A DNA stretch of 64,000 nucleotides from a virus (Duplodnaviria; Caudoviricetes), in IMG/VR virus record IMGVR_UViG_642973512_000001, positions 32,001-96,000 of that record; one strand, written 5' to 3'. Position 1 is the first letter of the stretch; each line of letters opens with the position of its first letter. Positions 28,891 to 40,218 of this stretch are shown here, one piece after another. Under the pieces are notes generated by a model, which made no database searches, had not been told where the DNA came from, and saw nothing but the letters and a program-made list of their open reading frames with translations. The translations under genes and the position numbers were made by a program.

Positions 28891-29397
28891 ATGGCTATTA
28901 CAACAATAGGTGCTCACGTAAGTAGGGCACTGGACTTTTTTGGTAAGCAGGATATTTACTTTGCTATTGGAAGAACATCGCCTTGGGAAGATGATAATAA
29001 CCCGCCTTCACCAAATTCTGATATGACAAGCTTAGATGAGCTTATTGGATTTAAGAAGCTTGATTCTATTCAGCTTGTTGTCCCTGATGACTCAGGAACC
29101 ATTTCCTATAGAGAGTCTAATTGGAAGCCTGTGGCTAAAGAGGAAGCTTACACGAAAAAAGCCAAATGGGTATATATTGAAACTACTATCAAGTATGACG
29201 AGTTACCTTTAGGATTTTATAGGCAAATTGGAGTATACACAGGTTTAGTTATCAAAGAAGATGTAGACCTAGGTAAGACTGCATTACTCCCAGATGATGT
29301 TGAAAATGCAGGGGTTTTAGAGGTTGTTGATAACAGAAAGCCCTCTAACAGGCTAGAAGATCAGAAAGAAAAACTTACAATGATCATCGAATTTTAA
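28891..29397 (+). CDS. Baseplate protein (T4 gp8-like)
   Basis: YFAIGRTSPW.D...PP.P and YRQIG motifs. Confidence 0.7.
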   Translation: MAITTIGAHVSRALDFFGKQDIYFAIGRTSPWEDDNNPPSPNSDMTSLDELIGFKKLDSIQLVVPDDSGTISYRESNWKPVAKEEAYTKKAKWVYIETTIKYDELPLGFYRQIGVYTGLVIKEDVDLGKTALLPDDVENAGVLEVVDNRKPSNRLEDQKEKLTMIIEF

Positions 29398-29420
29398 GAT
29401 AAACTTAAGGAGGAGTCTAC

Positions 29421-32400
29421 ATGGTTGATGTAAATAAGTCCCCGTACTATGATGACTATGATCCAGCCAAAAAGTACACCCAATTACTAGCTGTACCAGG
29501 GCGTGCAGAACAAGCAAGGGAGTTTACACAAGTTCAAACTCTCTTGCTGGACTTCTTAAAACGTCTGGCTAATACTCAATACAGTGAAGGTAACATTGTA
29601 TCTGGCATGTCCTTGTCTGTTAAGGATAATGTAGCCACTGTACAGGACGGTTTGGTGTATCTTGATGGTTTGATCCACATATTCAGTAAGCAGTCGATAG
29701 ACATTACAGGTGAAGGCTTAGAAGAGATTTGTGTTAAACTAGATCAGACTATTGTAACGGAAGTACAGGACCCTTCTCTAAGAGAGCCAGCCGAGGGGTT
29801 TGACAACTATGGGGAAGAGGGTGCACATCGCATTAAATCTGACCCTAAGCTAACCCTAAATGATCCAACTAGTCCAGTAGTGTGTAAACTCATGGATGGT
29901 CAGCTATATATAGACACAGCAAGACCTCAGTCAGATGCACTAGCTGAAACATTGGCTAGACGTACCTATGATGAGTCTGGAAACTATAAGGTTAGCGGTC
30001 TTACTCTTTGGTCTGAAGATCGTAATGATGAAGAGGTTACCCTAAACGTAGAAGCAGGTAAAGCGTATGTTATGGGTTTTGAAATCATCAAGCCAACATC
30101 TTCTAAGGTAATCGTGCCTAAATCCTTATCAACTAGGACAGTACAAAACGAACCAAGGATTTACAGCCAAAATGTGACAACATATGAGATTAGTAACTAC
30201 CCAGTTAAGGTTGTAACAAGCTTAGAGGGTACTGTAGAAGTGGTTGAAGAACAAAAGACTAGAGGTAGCGTACCAGGGGGTAAGGATTACCTTAATAAGA
30301 CTCCTGTAGTAGAAATTACATCTGTTCACACAAAAGACCCTTCTACTGGAGAAATATTAGTTGAATATGTTCAAGGTAGGGATTACCAACTTACAGGCAA
30401 CCAAACTGTAGACTGGTCACTAAACTTTGGTAACAGTATTGAGCCTGATGGAGGTACAACTTACTACGTAACTTATAAGTATAATAAGACCTTTGTACAA
30501 GGAACTGATTATAACCTATCTCGTGAAGGTAACAAAGATTATATTAAATTTCTGTCAGGTGGGGACAGACCTGTATTAGGGACGCAGTTCCGATATGATT
30601 ATGAATTCTTCTTAGCCCGTAAAGACCTTATCTCCCTAGATAAAAATGGGGACATAAGAATAACTACAGGTCAAAGTGATACAGCAGATCAGATCAACAC
30701 ACCTGTAAACAATGACCCAGAACTGTTGCACCTTGGCACTATATATCTACCTCCTAACTCAGGTGACTGTATTACAAATAGCTACGCCATTACTAGAATC
30801 CGCATGGAAGACTTGCAAGATGCTATTAATCGTCTTAATGACGTAGAATATAACCAAGCTATCTCTGCACTAGATGAGGAAGCTTTGTCTGGAGAGCCAG
30901 TCACACAGCTTAAAGGAGTATTTTCTGACAGCTTCACTAGTGTGACAAAGGGAGATACCGTACACCCTGAGTTTAGCATAGCTTACTCCTTAGAGGACGG
31001 AGAAATATACTTACCTACTAAGGCAACAGTTCCTTCTCAGCCCGCAGTTCTAGCCGGAAATCTTCACAAAGTTTGGGGTAGGTTAGTTACATCACCTGTA
31101 ACAGAAGTGGCTGAAATACAGCAGACGTTCAGCACAAAGGTTATGCTAGTAAACCCATATAATGTTTTTAACAAAATGGCTATTCTGAAACTTGATCCTG
31201 CGGTGGATAACTGGGTTGAGGAAACTAATATTCTCATCGAGAAAGTTAAGTTTGAGACAGTAAACCTAAGAAGGCTTTGGGCACACCAACGTAATGACTA
31301 CAACGCCAAAGAAAAAGAGATATTCGACAACATTAAATGGGATGATGGAAGTAAAAACTATTCTGGGGCGTGGAGGGAAGTCAAGACGGGTAGTGTAGTA
31401 GAGAAAACTAGACAAGTGGTGGAGGAATCTATCACCTACATGAGACAGAGAGATGTAGAGATAGAGGCTTCAAACCTTATACCTTTTGCTGACAATCTTG
31501 AGGTTTACTTTGATGGTAGACTTATATCTGTAAAGCCATCCAATAGCAAGTACCAAGGTACTATATCTGGTACCCTTAAGGCAGACTCAGAAGGAGTAGC
31601 AAAGGGTAAATTTACAGTACCATCCGGGGTGAGAACTGGTACAAGGGAAGTAGTAATCAAAAACTCTCAAAACACTGGTACAGGCTCCTACACTGCAAAC
31701 GGTCTTAAGAGGACGGTTACAGACACAATTCTTACAAGAAGAATAACAGCTACCCTTGTTGACCCATTAGCCCAATCTTTCCAGTTTGACTCTAATCGAA
31801 TGGTTGCGTCAGTAGGTTTGTACTTTGCTAAAAAAGACCCTACATTAAATGCCACTATTCAGATCAGAAATATGGTCAATGGATATCCTGGTCAGATCGT
31901 CTATGGGGAAACAGTACTAACTCCAAGCGATATAAATGTTAGTGATAAAGGAACTATAGAAACTAGGGTTTGGTTTGATGACCCAATCCTATGTGAAGCC
32001 AACACCCAGTACTGTGTGGTGGTGCTCACAGACAGTAGTATCACTAGCATGCACGTAGCTGAACTAGGTGGTAAAGACCTCAACACAGGAGAGGTTGTAT
32101 CTAGACAACCTTTACTGTCGGGTACTCTATTCAGTTCATCTAATGCTATCACATGGACAGCGCACCAAACAGAGGACATGAAATTTAATGTGTATACCTG
32201 TAGGTTTGCTGAGAAAGGTGTAGTTGAGTTTGAGCCTTTCAACTTTGAAGATGAGATTAATACTGACAGTGGTGTTGACAGACTTATTCTCTTAGCTGAC
32301 TACCTAACTATGGAAAGTACAGGATGCTCATGGGAAATGAAGATTGATGATGGCTCTTATCAGCCAATCTCAGCATATGAAGATAAGGACCTTTTATTAG

Positions 32401-32810
32401 AAGCCAAGTCTATCCAGTTGAGGGCTACTTTTGAGTCAAACATCTATGTATCTCCTATACTAGCACTAGACAGCTTTTCACTTGTAGGGTTTCTTACAGC
32501 TCTTGAAGGTTCTTATATCAGTAGGAATATTCAGATGTCTCAGAAATATACTACAGTAAAGCAAAGTATAGAAGCTTATGTTCCAAGTGGATCAAGTGTA
32601 GTTCCTAAGTTCTCTTATGACAACACTAACTGGTTTGTAGGTACTCTGGTGGATGAAACGCAAGTCACCAACGAATTTACTAGGTTTACCTATGAATATC
32701 AGGTCCCTTCAGAAGCAAATGCTATAAACTTCCGAGCTAGGGTAGACATGAGTGCGGAAAGTTCTTGGATCAGACCAAGAGCACGTAAGTTTATCAACGT
32801 CATCAAATAA
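29421..32810 (+). CDS. Large baseplate/tail-fibre-attachment protein (DUF4815-like)
   Basis: PYYDDYD, QARE..Q.Q, LARRTYDESGNY, DPLAQSF motifs; 1129 aa. Confidence 0.85.
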   Translation: MVDVNKSPYYDDYDPAKKYTQLLAVPGRAEQAREFTQVQTLLLDFLKRLANTQYSEGNIVSGMSLSVKDNVATVQDGLVYLDGLIHIFSKQSIDITGEGLEEICVKLDQTIVTEVQDPSLREPAEGFDNYGEEGAHRIKSDPKLTLNDPTSPVVCKLMDGQLYIDTARPQSDALAETLARRTYDESGNYKVSGLTLWSEDRNDEEVTLNVEAGKAYVMGFEIIKPTSSKVIVPKSLSTRTVQNEPRIYSQNVTTYEISNYPVKVVTSLEGTVEVVEEQKTRGSVPGGKDYLNKTPVVEITSVHTKDPSTGEILVEYVQGRDYQLTGNQTVDWSLNFGNSIEPDGGTTYYVTYKYNKTFVQGTDYNLSREGNKDYIKFLSGGDRPVLGTQFRYDYEFFLARKDLISLDKNGDIRITTGQSDTADQINTPVNNDPELLHLGTIYLPPNSGDCITNSYAITRIRMEDLQDAINRLNDVEYNQAISALDEEALSGEPVTQLKGVFSDSFTSVTKGDTVHPEFSIAYSLEDGEIYLPTKATVPSQPAVLAGNLHKVWGRLVTSPVTEVAEIQQTFSTKVMLVNPYNVFNKMAILKLDPAVDNWVEETNILIEKVKFETVNLRRLWAHQRNDYNAKEKEIFDNIKWDDGSKNYSGAWREVKTGSVVEKTRQVVEESITYMRQRDVEIEASNLIPFADNLEVYFDGRLISVKPSNSKYQGTISGTLKADSEGVAKGKFTVPSGVRTGTREVVIKNSQNTGTGSYTANGLKRTVTDTILTRRITATLVDPLAQSFQFDSNRMVASVGLYFAKKDPTLNATIQIRNMVNGYPGQIVYGETVLTPSDINVSDKGTIETRVWFDDPILCEANTQYCVVVLTDSSITSMHVAELGGKDLNTGEVVSRQPLLSGTLFSSSNAITWTAHQTEDMKFNVYTCRFAEKGVVEFEPFNFEDEINTDSGVDRLILLADYLTMESTGCSWEMKIDDGSYQPISAYEDKDLLLEAKSIQLRATFESNIYVSPILALDSFSLVGFLTALEGSYISRNIQMSQKYTTVKQSIEAYVPSGSSVVPKFSYDNTNWFVGTLVDETQVTNEFTRFTYEYQVPSEANAINFRARVDMSAESSWIRPRARKFINVIK

Positions 32811-32816
32811 ATATTT

Positions 32817-32845
32817 AAAAGGGTAGAATATATTCTACCCTTTTT
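32817..32845 (+). terminator. Rho-independent terminator
   Basis: AAAAGGGTAGAA/TTCTACCCTTTT. Confidence 0.75.
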
Positions 32846-32864
32846 ATTATGAGGAGGGATTTAA

Positions 32865-33077
32865 ATGCCAATCAGAAGAATAGATAGGGAATCTGGAGCT
32901 ATCATTTTTGACCCAACGCCAGAAGAACAAGCTGTACAAGAGCTAAAAGCAGAGCTTGAAAAGTCTAAAGCAGAGCTTGAAAAGGATAAAGAAGAAATGA
33001 AAAGGACTAAGGAAGAGTTAGATAAGGCTCTTAATGAGGTTAAAGCGATTTTAGAACAATCAAAAGGAGATTCTTAG
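32865..33077 (+). CDS. Small coiled-coil protein
   Basis: GAGGAGG RBS; heptad repeats including a 21-nt-period duplicate (KAELEK twice). Confidence 0.75.
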   Translation: MPIRRIDRESGAIIFDPTPEEQAVQELKAELEKSKAELEKDKEEMKRTKEELDKALNEVKAILEQSKGDS

Positions 33078-33090
33078 GAGGAGGTAGGCT

Positions 33091-36000
33091 ATGTCATACC
33101 AAGCTGAAATTCTAACAGAAGACGACACTATACGTGACTTAACCGTGAGGTTTAATAGGCTAATGTTAGCTGTTCAGGATATTGATGGGGATAAGGTTGA
33201 CACATCCATTAAAGATATAGAAGACCTTAAAAATCAAGTTATCTACATTAAAGCAAACTATATAAAGCAATACCCATCACTAGAGGAAGCAAAGAAGGCT
33301 ACTGATTTAGAAGAGGGTATGGTAGTGCAGACTATGGGATATTACGCCATCAATGATGGTGGAGGTTCAATATATGCAATAGCCAAAACTTCTGATACTC
33401 AAGTAGAAGACGGAGGTTCCATCATAAAGTACAATGATACCCTACACTTCCATTCTTTGTCCACCGATCCAGTAAATTACAAGCAGTTTGGTGCTAAGGG
33501 TGATGGGGTTACGGATGATGGTCCATACATCAGGCGTGCCCATGAGTATGCTAACTCTGTTGGTCTCCCAGTATATAACCCTAGTGGTGAATTCTACTTT
33601 AAGTCAGAAAGATATGTACCAGTAAGAACAAACACCAACTTAGGACAAACAGTAATTCATATTGATGAGTCAAAAACACCTGCAACTCAGGGAAATATAT
33701 ATATTATTATGTCTCAATACGGTCAGAATCCACTTTCTAATGACGAGTTGACAGCAATCAAAAATAGTCTTAAAAAGGGCACGAGATACGTTGCAGAATT
33801 GGCAAAGTACGCAGGGTCTTTTATCAAGGTGTTTGATTCAAATACTAAAGTTGGTAATAGACAAAGTGAAAACCCTAATTCAGGTTGGGATATGCAAGAC
33901 TTCTTCATTATTGAAGAAGGCGGTAGAATTGTGGGAGATATTACGTGGGACTTTAAAGATGTTACCTCTGGTCTTGTAAGAAGGTTGGATAAGAGCTATC
34001 TCACATTTGAGGGCGGAATCTTTCTACTATCTGGTAACTTGTCTGCCGCTTCTACAGGTGACCAAACCACTGGAGGTATTCTTATTCAGAGGTCTAGGAC
34101 AATAGTTAAGAACCAGTTTGTAGGTATTGAAGACAGTGCTTCAGACAAGCCCACAGCATCCGATACTGGTTTTTACAGCCTACATCCGATACTGGTTTTT
34201 ACAGCCTACATCTGTTTATGATGTAACTCTAGAAAACATTCGTGTTTTACCTAGAAAGTATGTGTCTGTAAACGGAGTGGCTTTGTCAACCTATGGTATT
34301 GGTGGTTCTATGGCTCTCAAATGTGTGTTCCGTAACATAACTTCTGAGGGAGTTAGCTCTCGCTGGGGAGTATTCGGGGCAAGTCTATTCAAGGATGTAT
34401 CCATAGAAAACTGTGTTCTTAATGGTCTTGATATACGCTTTCATGCTTGGGACATTAATGTCACCAACTCTAGGATTGGTGAAAAAGGCATATCCCTGAC
34501 AGGGGGAGGTAAGCTCAACATTGAGAACACTACTGCGTATACAAATGTTCTAGTAAATTTCCGTCAGGACTACGGTTCCACTTGGGAAGGTGATATTCGT
34601 GTTAAGGGGTGTAGGCTTGTAGTTCCAGCTAACACAATCACTTCAGTTCTTAAGTTCAATCCTAAGTCTGTAGACTACGGATACAAGGTGTATTTTGGTA
34701 AGACAGTCTTAGTAGAAGACTTACTGTTAGACTATACAGGAGTGACAAACTCTGAGTTAGCATACTTGTTTGACCATAATAACCAGAGGTCTACAGGAAC
34801 AAACAATGTGTATATGCCAGCACGTATGATCTTCAAAGGTGTTAGGGTAGCAGGTAGGTCTAGAGGTGTTAGGCTATTAACTACCTTAACTCCTCTAGGG
34901 TTTAGATCTCCTTTAGGTAATCACTCTTACGGAAGCTCATCAGAGAGTCTTGTAACCAATGCATATTATAGGTTTGAGAGTGTTGACACAGAGGACATTG
35001 TATCTGAACCCCAGTCTGTTACGGACACTCACATGTATATGCCTGTTAGCGCTACAGCTCTTTATGGTCCAGAAGATTTAGCACCTACAATTGAGATTGT
35101 TAACTGTAAGTATCTACATCTTCAGCCTAAATGTGCTAGAGTTAGGATGATCATCCGTGATAGTGAGGTTAGGGCTATTGATGCCTATGATAATGGTCCA
35201 AGCATGGGCATATACTCATTACATGACTGTGATATAGCTCCTAACCTCAGCTCAGGGTCTACAGAGATGTATGCGTATAATATGGAGGGGGCTAGGGTTA
35301 CCTTGTCAGGTTGTCACTTTTACCCAGTAAAATATTCTGGAGTTGAAAACGTGGCAAAATACAGCCTTCTGTATTTCTTTGACATCACTTCTAATGGTCT
35401 ACAGTTAGAACTAAAAAGTAATAACAACGGCAACACCCTTCACAAAAAACTCATGGACCAGATAACAAGTACGTATAGCAAGAATACTTTGGAAATGGTT
35501 ATGAAGGGTTTGGACTCAAACAGCATGGATAATACAAAACTGGTAGTTAGAAATATAGAAAAACATACAGGTGCCCCAACAACAGGAACTTGGAATGTTG
35601 GAGACATCATAGTGAACTCCAAGCCAGATATATTATCTAAAAGAGGGTGGGTATGTACAACTGCGGGTACTCCAGGCACTTGGCAAAATCTAGGTGAGGT
35701 AGAACCAGAACATCCTGTATCACTGGCTGCCTCGACACACGCAGGAGCTAATATACCACTAGATTATCAACAAACGAATACGATAGTTTTCAGTAGGATC
35801 AGGTCAGATTATTGGAAAATGTATAACACCTCTACAGGTAAAATAACAGTACCTTATGATGGTCGTTATGTTGTCGATTGTGGTTTTAGATTTAGGATGG
35901 ATAGTCAAAATACCTCTGATGGGTATGTTTACCAAAATATAGAAATAAATGCTTACACAGGTCTAACTACACAAACACCCGTTCTATCTACTTTCGCACA

Positions 36001-36199
36001 AATGAGGGATTATGTTAAGTACGATCAAGATCAATCTATAAATGGGTCTGTTGTGTTAAACCTCAAGAAGGGAGACTCCTTTTATATACGGGTTTATTGC
36101 GGAAACAAGTCGTCACAGATACGGACATGGGAAAGTGATAATGACAGCTTTAGATATAACTACTTGTATATAAACAGGATAGGACCACGTATTTCCTAA
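33091..36199 (+). pseudogene. Tailspike/receptor-binding beta-helix gene split by a frameshift (ORFs 33091-34221 and 34127-36199)
   Basis: N-half has QT.GYY...DGGG and FGAKGDGVTDD. C-half continues the beta-helix, then PT.GTW.VGD...GWVC...GTPGTW and a C1q/TNF-like end. The junction carries a 26-nt tandem duplication. Confidence 0.7.
34157..34212. repeat. Perfect 26-nt tandem duplication
   Basis: CATCCGATACTGGTTTTTACAGCCTA twice (34157-34182, 34183-34208) plus CATC. Confidence 0.95.
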
Positions 36200-36208
36200 T
36201 AATTAGAA

Positions 36209-36237
36209 ACCAAGGCTCTAGTAGCCTTGGTCTTTTT
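36209..36237 (+). terminator. Rho-independent terminator
   Basis: ACCAAGGCT/AGCCTTGGT followed by CTTTTT. Confidence 0.75.
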
Positions 36238-36297
36238 ATTTCTCTACCCCAAAGCTATTTTTTAAATGGATTGGAAAAATAAGGAGGTGCTTAGGAT

Positions 36298-37593
36298 ATG
36301 GCGTACCAACCCAATCCTATTACTGTTAATGACACAGTTAAGCAGATAATGGATAGAGTAAATGACATGATGGACCCTTTAGAGGTAGCCAACACAGTTG
36401 CCATACCTATTATATCAGAAACAGAACCAACAACTGGTCTGATGGACGGAGTTCTGTGGTATAATCCAACTACTAAGATAGTTAAAATATACTTAAAGGG
36501 TGCATTTACTAGCCTTGGAAGTGGTGATGAGCAAGGAGGACAACTATCAGAACCACCTTCCTATGAAAAATATGAGAAAAGGGTCACTGTAAGCACTGAC
36601 ACTAACACTATAGAAATTGGGATAACGGGTTACAACCGTGCTGAGGACATGTTGTGGGTATATCAAAACAGCACCTTTATTGCTCATGGAGGAGACTACA
36701 CGTTTACCGAAGATGGTCTGTCTATTAAAAAGGTAGATGGGGTGTGGGAAGCAGGAACAGTAATTGACCTAGTAGCTTTAGTCCTCGTTCCGGGTAGCTC
36801 TGTAAACCCTACAATGGCTAGTATAGAAACTTTTTATACTATTACCCAAGATGGTGAGAGTGAAATCACCATACCTATTCCTGAGTATAGTTACCTTACA
36901 GATCGACTACACCTATACCATGATAATTTATTCCTATATGAAGGGGATCAATGGAGTCTTAATGAAGATGGTACAAAAGTCATACTTAACTATTCAGTGA
37001 TAGCAGGAGATAAGCTGTTGTTCACAGTTCTGAAAAAAGTTAAAGAGCCTGTATCAAACGGTGCTGACGGTTCGACACTAGCACCTAACAGTGTGGCTGA
37101 TTCTAAACTCGCACCGGATAACAAGGTGGGAAGCTTATCCACACTTAAGACAGCTAATAAAGAAAGTGCAGTTAAAGCCATCAATGAGGTATATGACTCT
37201 CTACAAACCAATATAGGTAATGTGAGTACTAACACCGAGGACATCAATAAGTTGAAGTCCAGAGCAGATGAAAACGAAGGACAACTTAGCAACATCAAAT
37301 TTAGTCTAGGGGAAATGGACTCTACTGTGCAAGGCTTACAAACAAACGACCAAGAATACGAGAGCCGGATTTCTAATCTAGAAAATGTAACAAATAGGGA
37401 AGGTGTTATCCTTAAGGCTCCTGACCAAAGTACGTGGAAACTTACTGTGGACAACACAGGTGCTTTAGTGACTACTAAAACAGTCATATCAGGAGAATAT
37501 GACGGTGTTGTAATTGTAGAAAGTCCTGACGGGTCGGGGTGGCAAGTAGGTGTGACAAATGATGGAACTTTAGTAACAACTAAAATTCAGTAA
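36298..37593 (+). CDS. Tail fibre/adaptor protein
   Basis: Two beta-sandwich-like repeats, coiled coil, duplicated C-terminal (A/S)PD...W...V.N.G.LVTTK module. Confidence 0.75.
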   Translation: MAYQPNPITVNDTVKQIMDRVNDMMDPLEVANTVAIPIISETEPTTGLMDGVLWYNPTTKIVKIYLKGAFTSLGSGDEQGGQLSEPPSYEKYEKRVTVSTDTNTIEIGITGYNRAEDMLWVYQNSTFIAHGGDYTFTEDGLSIKKVDGVWEAGTVIDLVALVLVPGSSVNPTMASIETFYTITQDGESEITIPIPEYSYLTDRLHLYHDNLFLYEGDQWSLNEDGTKVILNYSVIAGDKLLFTVLKKVKEPVSNGADGSTLAPNSVADSKLAPDNKVGSLSTLKTANKESAVKAINEVYDSLQTNIGNVSTNTEDINKLKSRADENEGQLSNIKFSLGEMDSTVQGLQTNDQEYESRISNLENVTNREGVILKAPDQSTWKLTVDNTGALVTTKTVISGEYDGVVIVESPDGSGWQVGVTNDGTLVTTKIQ

Positions 37594-37619
37594 TACTATA
37601 GAGAAATGGGGGTTGACAA

Positions 37620-39710
37620 ATGACTGGAAAGATTACCCAGCATGAGTTGTCTCAAGAGTTGCTAGAGTATATTGCAAATCAGGTACAAGGTCCTGAAGAC
37701 CTCAGAACAGCCATTTATACTCAAGCATTTACGGCAACCGAGGGACAGACTCAGTTTATCATAGATGGTAAATACACTCCAAACACCAAGACTATATTCG
37801 TATATGTCTCTGGAATCAAGCTTATTTCTAGAGAAGGGTTTAGTGAATCTAGTGAGGATAGTATAAACTTAGCCGAAGGTGTCCCAGCAGGTACTAAAGT
37901 AGAAATTACATGGCTTGGTAATGCCACCCCAATTAGTGGGTCTCATGCGGTAACTCATGAGATAGGCGGGTCAGATGAAATAGACATGAGAAAGCTGTTA
38001 GGGTATGGTGAAATTGACAGCAGAATCTCTGAGATAGAGAAGACTTATCCTAATAAGATGAACAACCTTGAAAATACTCTGTCAGAACAGATGACAAGTT
38101 TGCAAAACGATACCGAAACTAGGGTCAACCAAGTTGAACAGAACACAACACAGAGGATGGATACCATACAAGCTAATATGACTTCTTCTATGGACAACAC
38201 ATTTAAGAAGTTAACGGCATCGGCAGAACAAAAGGAGTATAACGTAAAAGACTATGGAGCTAAAGGTGATGGAGTGACAGATGATGCTCCTGCTATTCAA
38301 AAGGTCTTAAACATGGCTTTAACTCTTGGAGGTATTAAAATCCGCATACCTTCAGGAACATATGCACTGAAGAGTATATTGTATGTATATTCTAACACTG
38401 AAATTGTGATGTCTAAGAATACCGTGTTATTAAGGGCGGCGAATACTAACTCTATGTTTTACAATGCTGACCCAGCGTCATCAACAACTGCTACTTTATA
38501 TAATGGTCATGGAAACATTACTATTATTGGTGGTACTTTTGACGCAAACATAGCTAACTTCTCTGCGGTAAATAACACCATTTGTGGAATAAACCACTGT
38601 AGAAATTTGCGATTTGAGGGCGTTACCTTCAAGAATATACGAGACAATCATGCCCTAGATATAAACGCCACTGATGGTCTAGTCATTAAAGACTGTAAAT
38701 TCTTAGGGTTCCGGCTCACCAACCAGAGTCGTAACTATGTAGAAGCCATTCAGTTAGACGTTTGTACACCAGGGTCCTTCCCTGCCTTTGGCACGTATGA
38801 CAGGACTGAAACTAAAAATGTACTTATTGAAGGGTGTTATTTTGGTCCCAGTGATACAGAAGGCAGTTGGGCTACTGGGATTGGCAACCATGGAGCTGTT
38901 CATGACAAATGGAACCACAACATCACTATCAGGAATAATAGATTCGATGGTTGTACGTATGGTGGAATTAGAGCTTATAAGTGGTCTCAATTGCTAGTGG
39001 AAGGTAACGTGTTTGAAAACTGCAATCGACCGTTTGCCTATGTCATTCCTACTCCTAACTCTGTCAATACGGAGGATGCTAATGGGGTGCAATCTGGTGT
39101 CACTCAAGGTGGAGAAGACATTAAAGTTGTCAATAACACCATGATAAACTGTAATGACCACGGAATATATGTAGCAGGATATCGTGATGCCGATACCTCT
39201 AAGGTGGTCTCTAATAAGAGAATAACTGTGGGAGGCAACTCCATATATAATACCCCATCAGGGTACAACTCAATAGATGTAGTCTATGGTGAAGATGTGG
39301 TAGTCGGAAACAATATCTGTGAAGGTTCTAGGAGGTTATTCTATGGTGCGTACTGTACAAGAGCCACTATTACAGGTAATATATCACACAATGCTCTCAA
39401 CCACACATACTTGGCAAATTGCACAGGAGCAACGATATCAGGCAACACAGGTCAAAAATGTGGTCAACATGGGATAAGAATTGAGGCTTGTAATTCTATA
39501 AATGTTGGCGGTAACACAATTCTTGACTGTTCAATAGATGCATCCCAAACTTATCATGGTATATGTGTAGTAACTGCAAGTAGTTATGTCATGGTAATAA
39601 ATAATGTGATCACGGAAAGTTCACCACTAATGTTGTCAGCTGTAGCCATAACCACTGATAGTACAAACTGCACACAGTCTAACAACTTAACTAACGTGAC
39701 TTCATCTTAA
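37620..39710 (+). CDS. Tailspike with pectate-lyase-like right-handed beta-helix
   Basis: N-terminal F.ATEGQT.F module, coiled coil, NVKDYGAKGDGVTDD, Asn-ladder repeats. Confidence 0.85.
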   Translation: MTGKITQHELSQELLEYIANQVQGPEDLRTAIYTQAFTATEGQTQFIIDGKYTPNTKTIFVYVSGIKLISREGFSESSEDSINLAEGVPAGTKVEITWLGNATPISGSHAVTHEIGGSDEIDMRKLLGYGEIDSRISEIEKTYPNKMNNLENTLSEQMTSLQNDTETRVNQVEQNTTQRMDTIQANMTSSMDNTFKKLTASAEQKEYNVKDYGAKGDGVTDDAPAIQKVLNMALTLGGIKIRIPSGTYALKSILYVYSNTEIVMSKNTVLLRAANTNSMFYNADPASSTTATLYNGHGNITIIGGTFDANIANFSAVNNTICGINHCRNLRFEGVTFKNIRDNHALDINATDGLVIKDCKFLGFRLTNQSRNYVEAIQLDVCTPGSFPAFGTYDRTETKNVLIEGCYFGPSDTEGSWATGIGNHGAVHDKWNHNITIRNNRFDGCTYGGIRAYKWSQLLVEGNVFENCNRPFAYVIPTPNSVNTEDANGVQSGVTQGGEDIKVVNNTMINCNDHGIYVAGYRDADTSKVVSNKRITVGGNSIYNTPSGYNSIDVVYGEDVVVGNNICEGSRRLFYGAYCTRATITGNISHNALNHTYLANCTGATISGNTGQKCGQHGIRIEACNSINVGGNTILDCSIDASQTYHGICVVTASSYVMVINNVITESSPLMLSAVAITTDSTNCTQSNNLTNVTSS

Positions 39711-39730
39711 TACTTTAGGAGGAATATAAA

Positions 39731-40204
39731 ATGAGAGCGACTCAAAAAGATATCTACATTCCAAAGACCATCACTGAAAAGGTAACTGCTGTAAACGAGA
39801 AAATTAACAACATCATAGACAATAGGGACCGAAATACAGTTGATGTATCTGTTAGTTACTTAGATGCTGACAACAAAGTATTATCTAAGGAAAGCTATAG
39901 TATCTTCAATGAGAATTTTGACTTCCTGATGTCTCAACATTCTGTGTTTGGGGAAGGAAAACCTAAGGATGCTTATCGTGAAAGCGATTTGTGGTATGTG
40001 GTTGATATCTTGAGAGGGGTAAAGCAGATGCCAGAACCAGACCCAGTTGAAGAAACCCCTCCTACTACAGAAGAACCTATAACTGAAGAACCTATAACTG
40101 AAGAGGAGCCGATAACAGGAGAACCTATCACCGAGGAACCAGCGAGTGACACTACTCCCAGCACAGGAGACACCACTACTGGAGAAGGTAGCACAACTGA
40201 TTAA
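39731..40204 (+). CDS. Hypothetical tail-region protein with acidic TEEPI repeats
   Basis: AGGAGG RBS; YRESDLW motif; low-complexity C-terminus. Confidence 0.75.
   Translation: MRATQKDIYIPKTITEKVTAVNEKINNIIDNRDRNTVDVSVSYLDADNKVLSKESYSIFNENFDFLMSQHSVFGEGKPKDAYRESDLWYVVDILRGVKQMPEPDPVEETPPTTEEPITEEPITEEEPITGEPITEEPASDTTPSTGDTTTGEGSTTD
40067..40141 (+). repeat. Imperfect 15-nt coding tandem repeat (TEEPI, about 5 copies)
   Basis: GAAGAACCTATAACT twice, followed by diverged copies. Confidence 0.8.
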
Positions 40205-40218
40205 GGGGGTATTAGAGT

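Noticed and set aside
34157-34212. Direct repeat considered as a CRISPR mini-array
   Set aside because: Copies are adjacent with no spacer and lie inside a gene; no cas genes are present.
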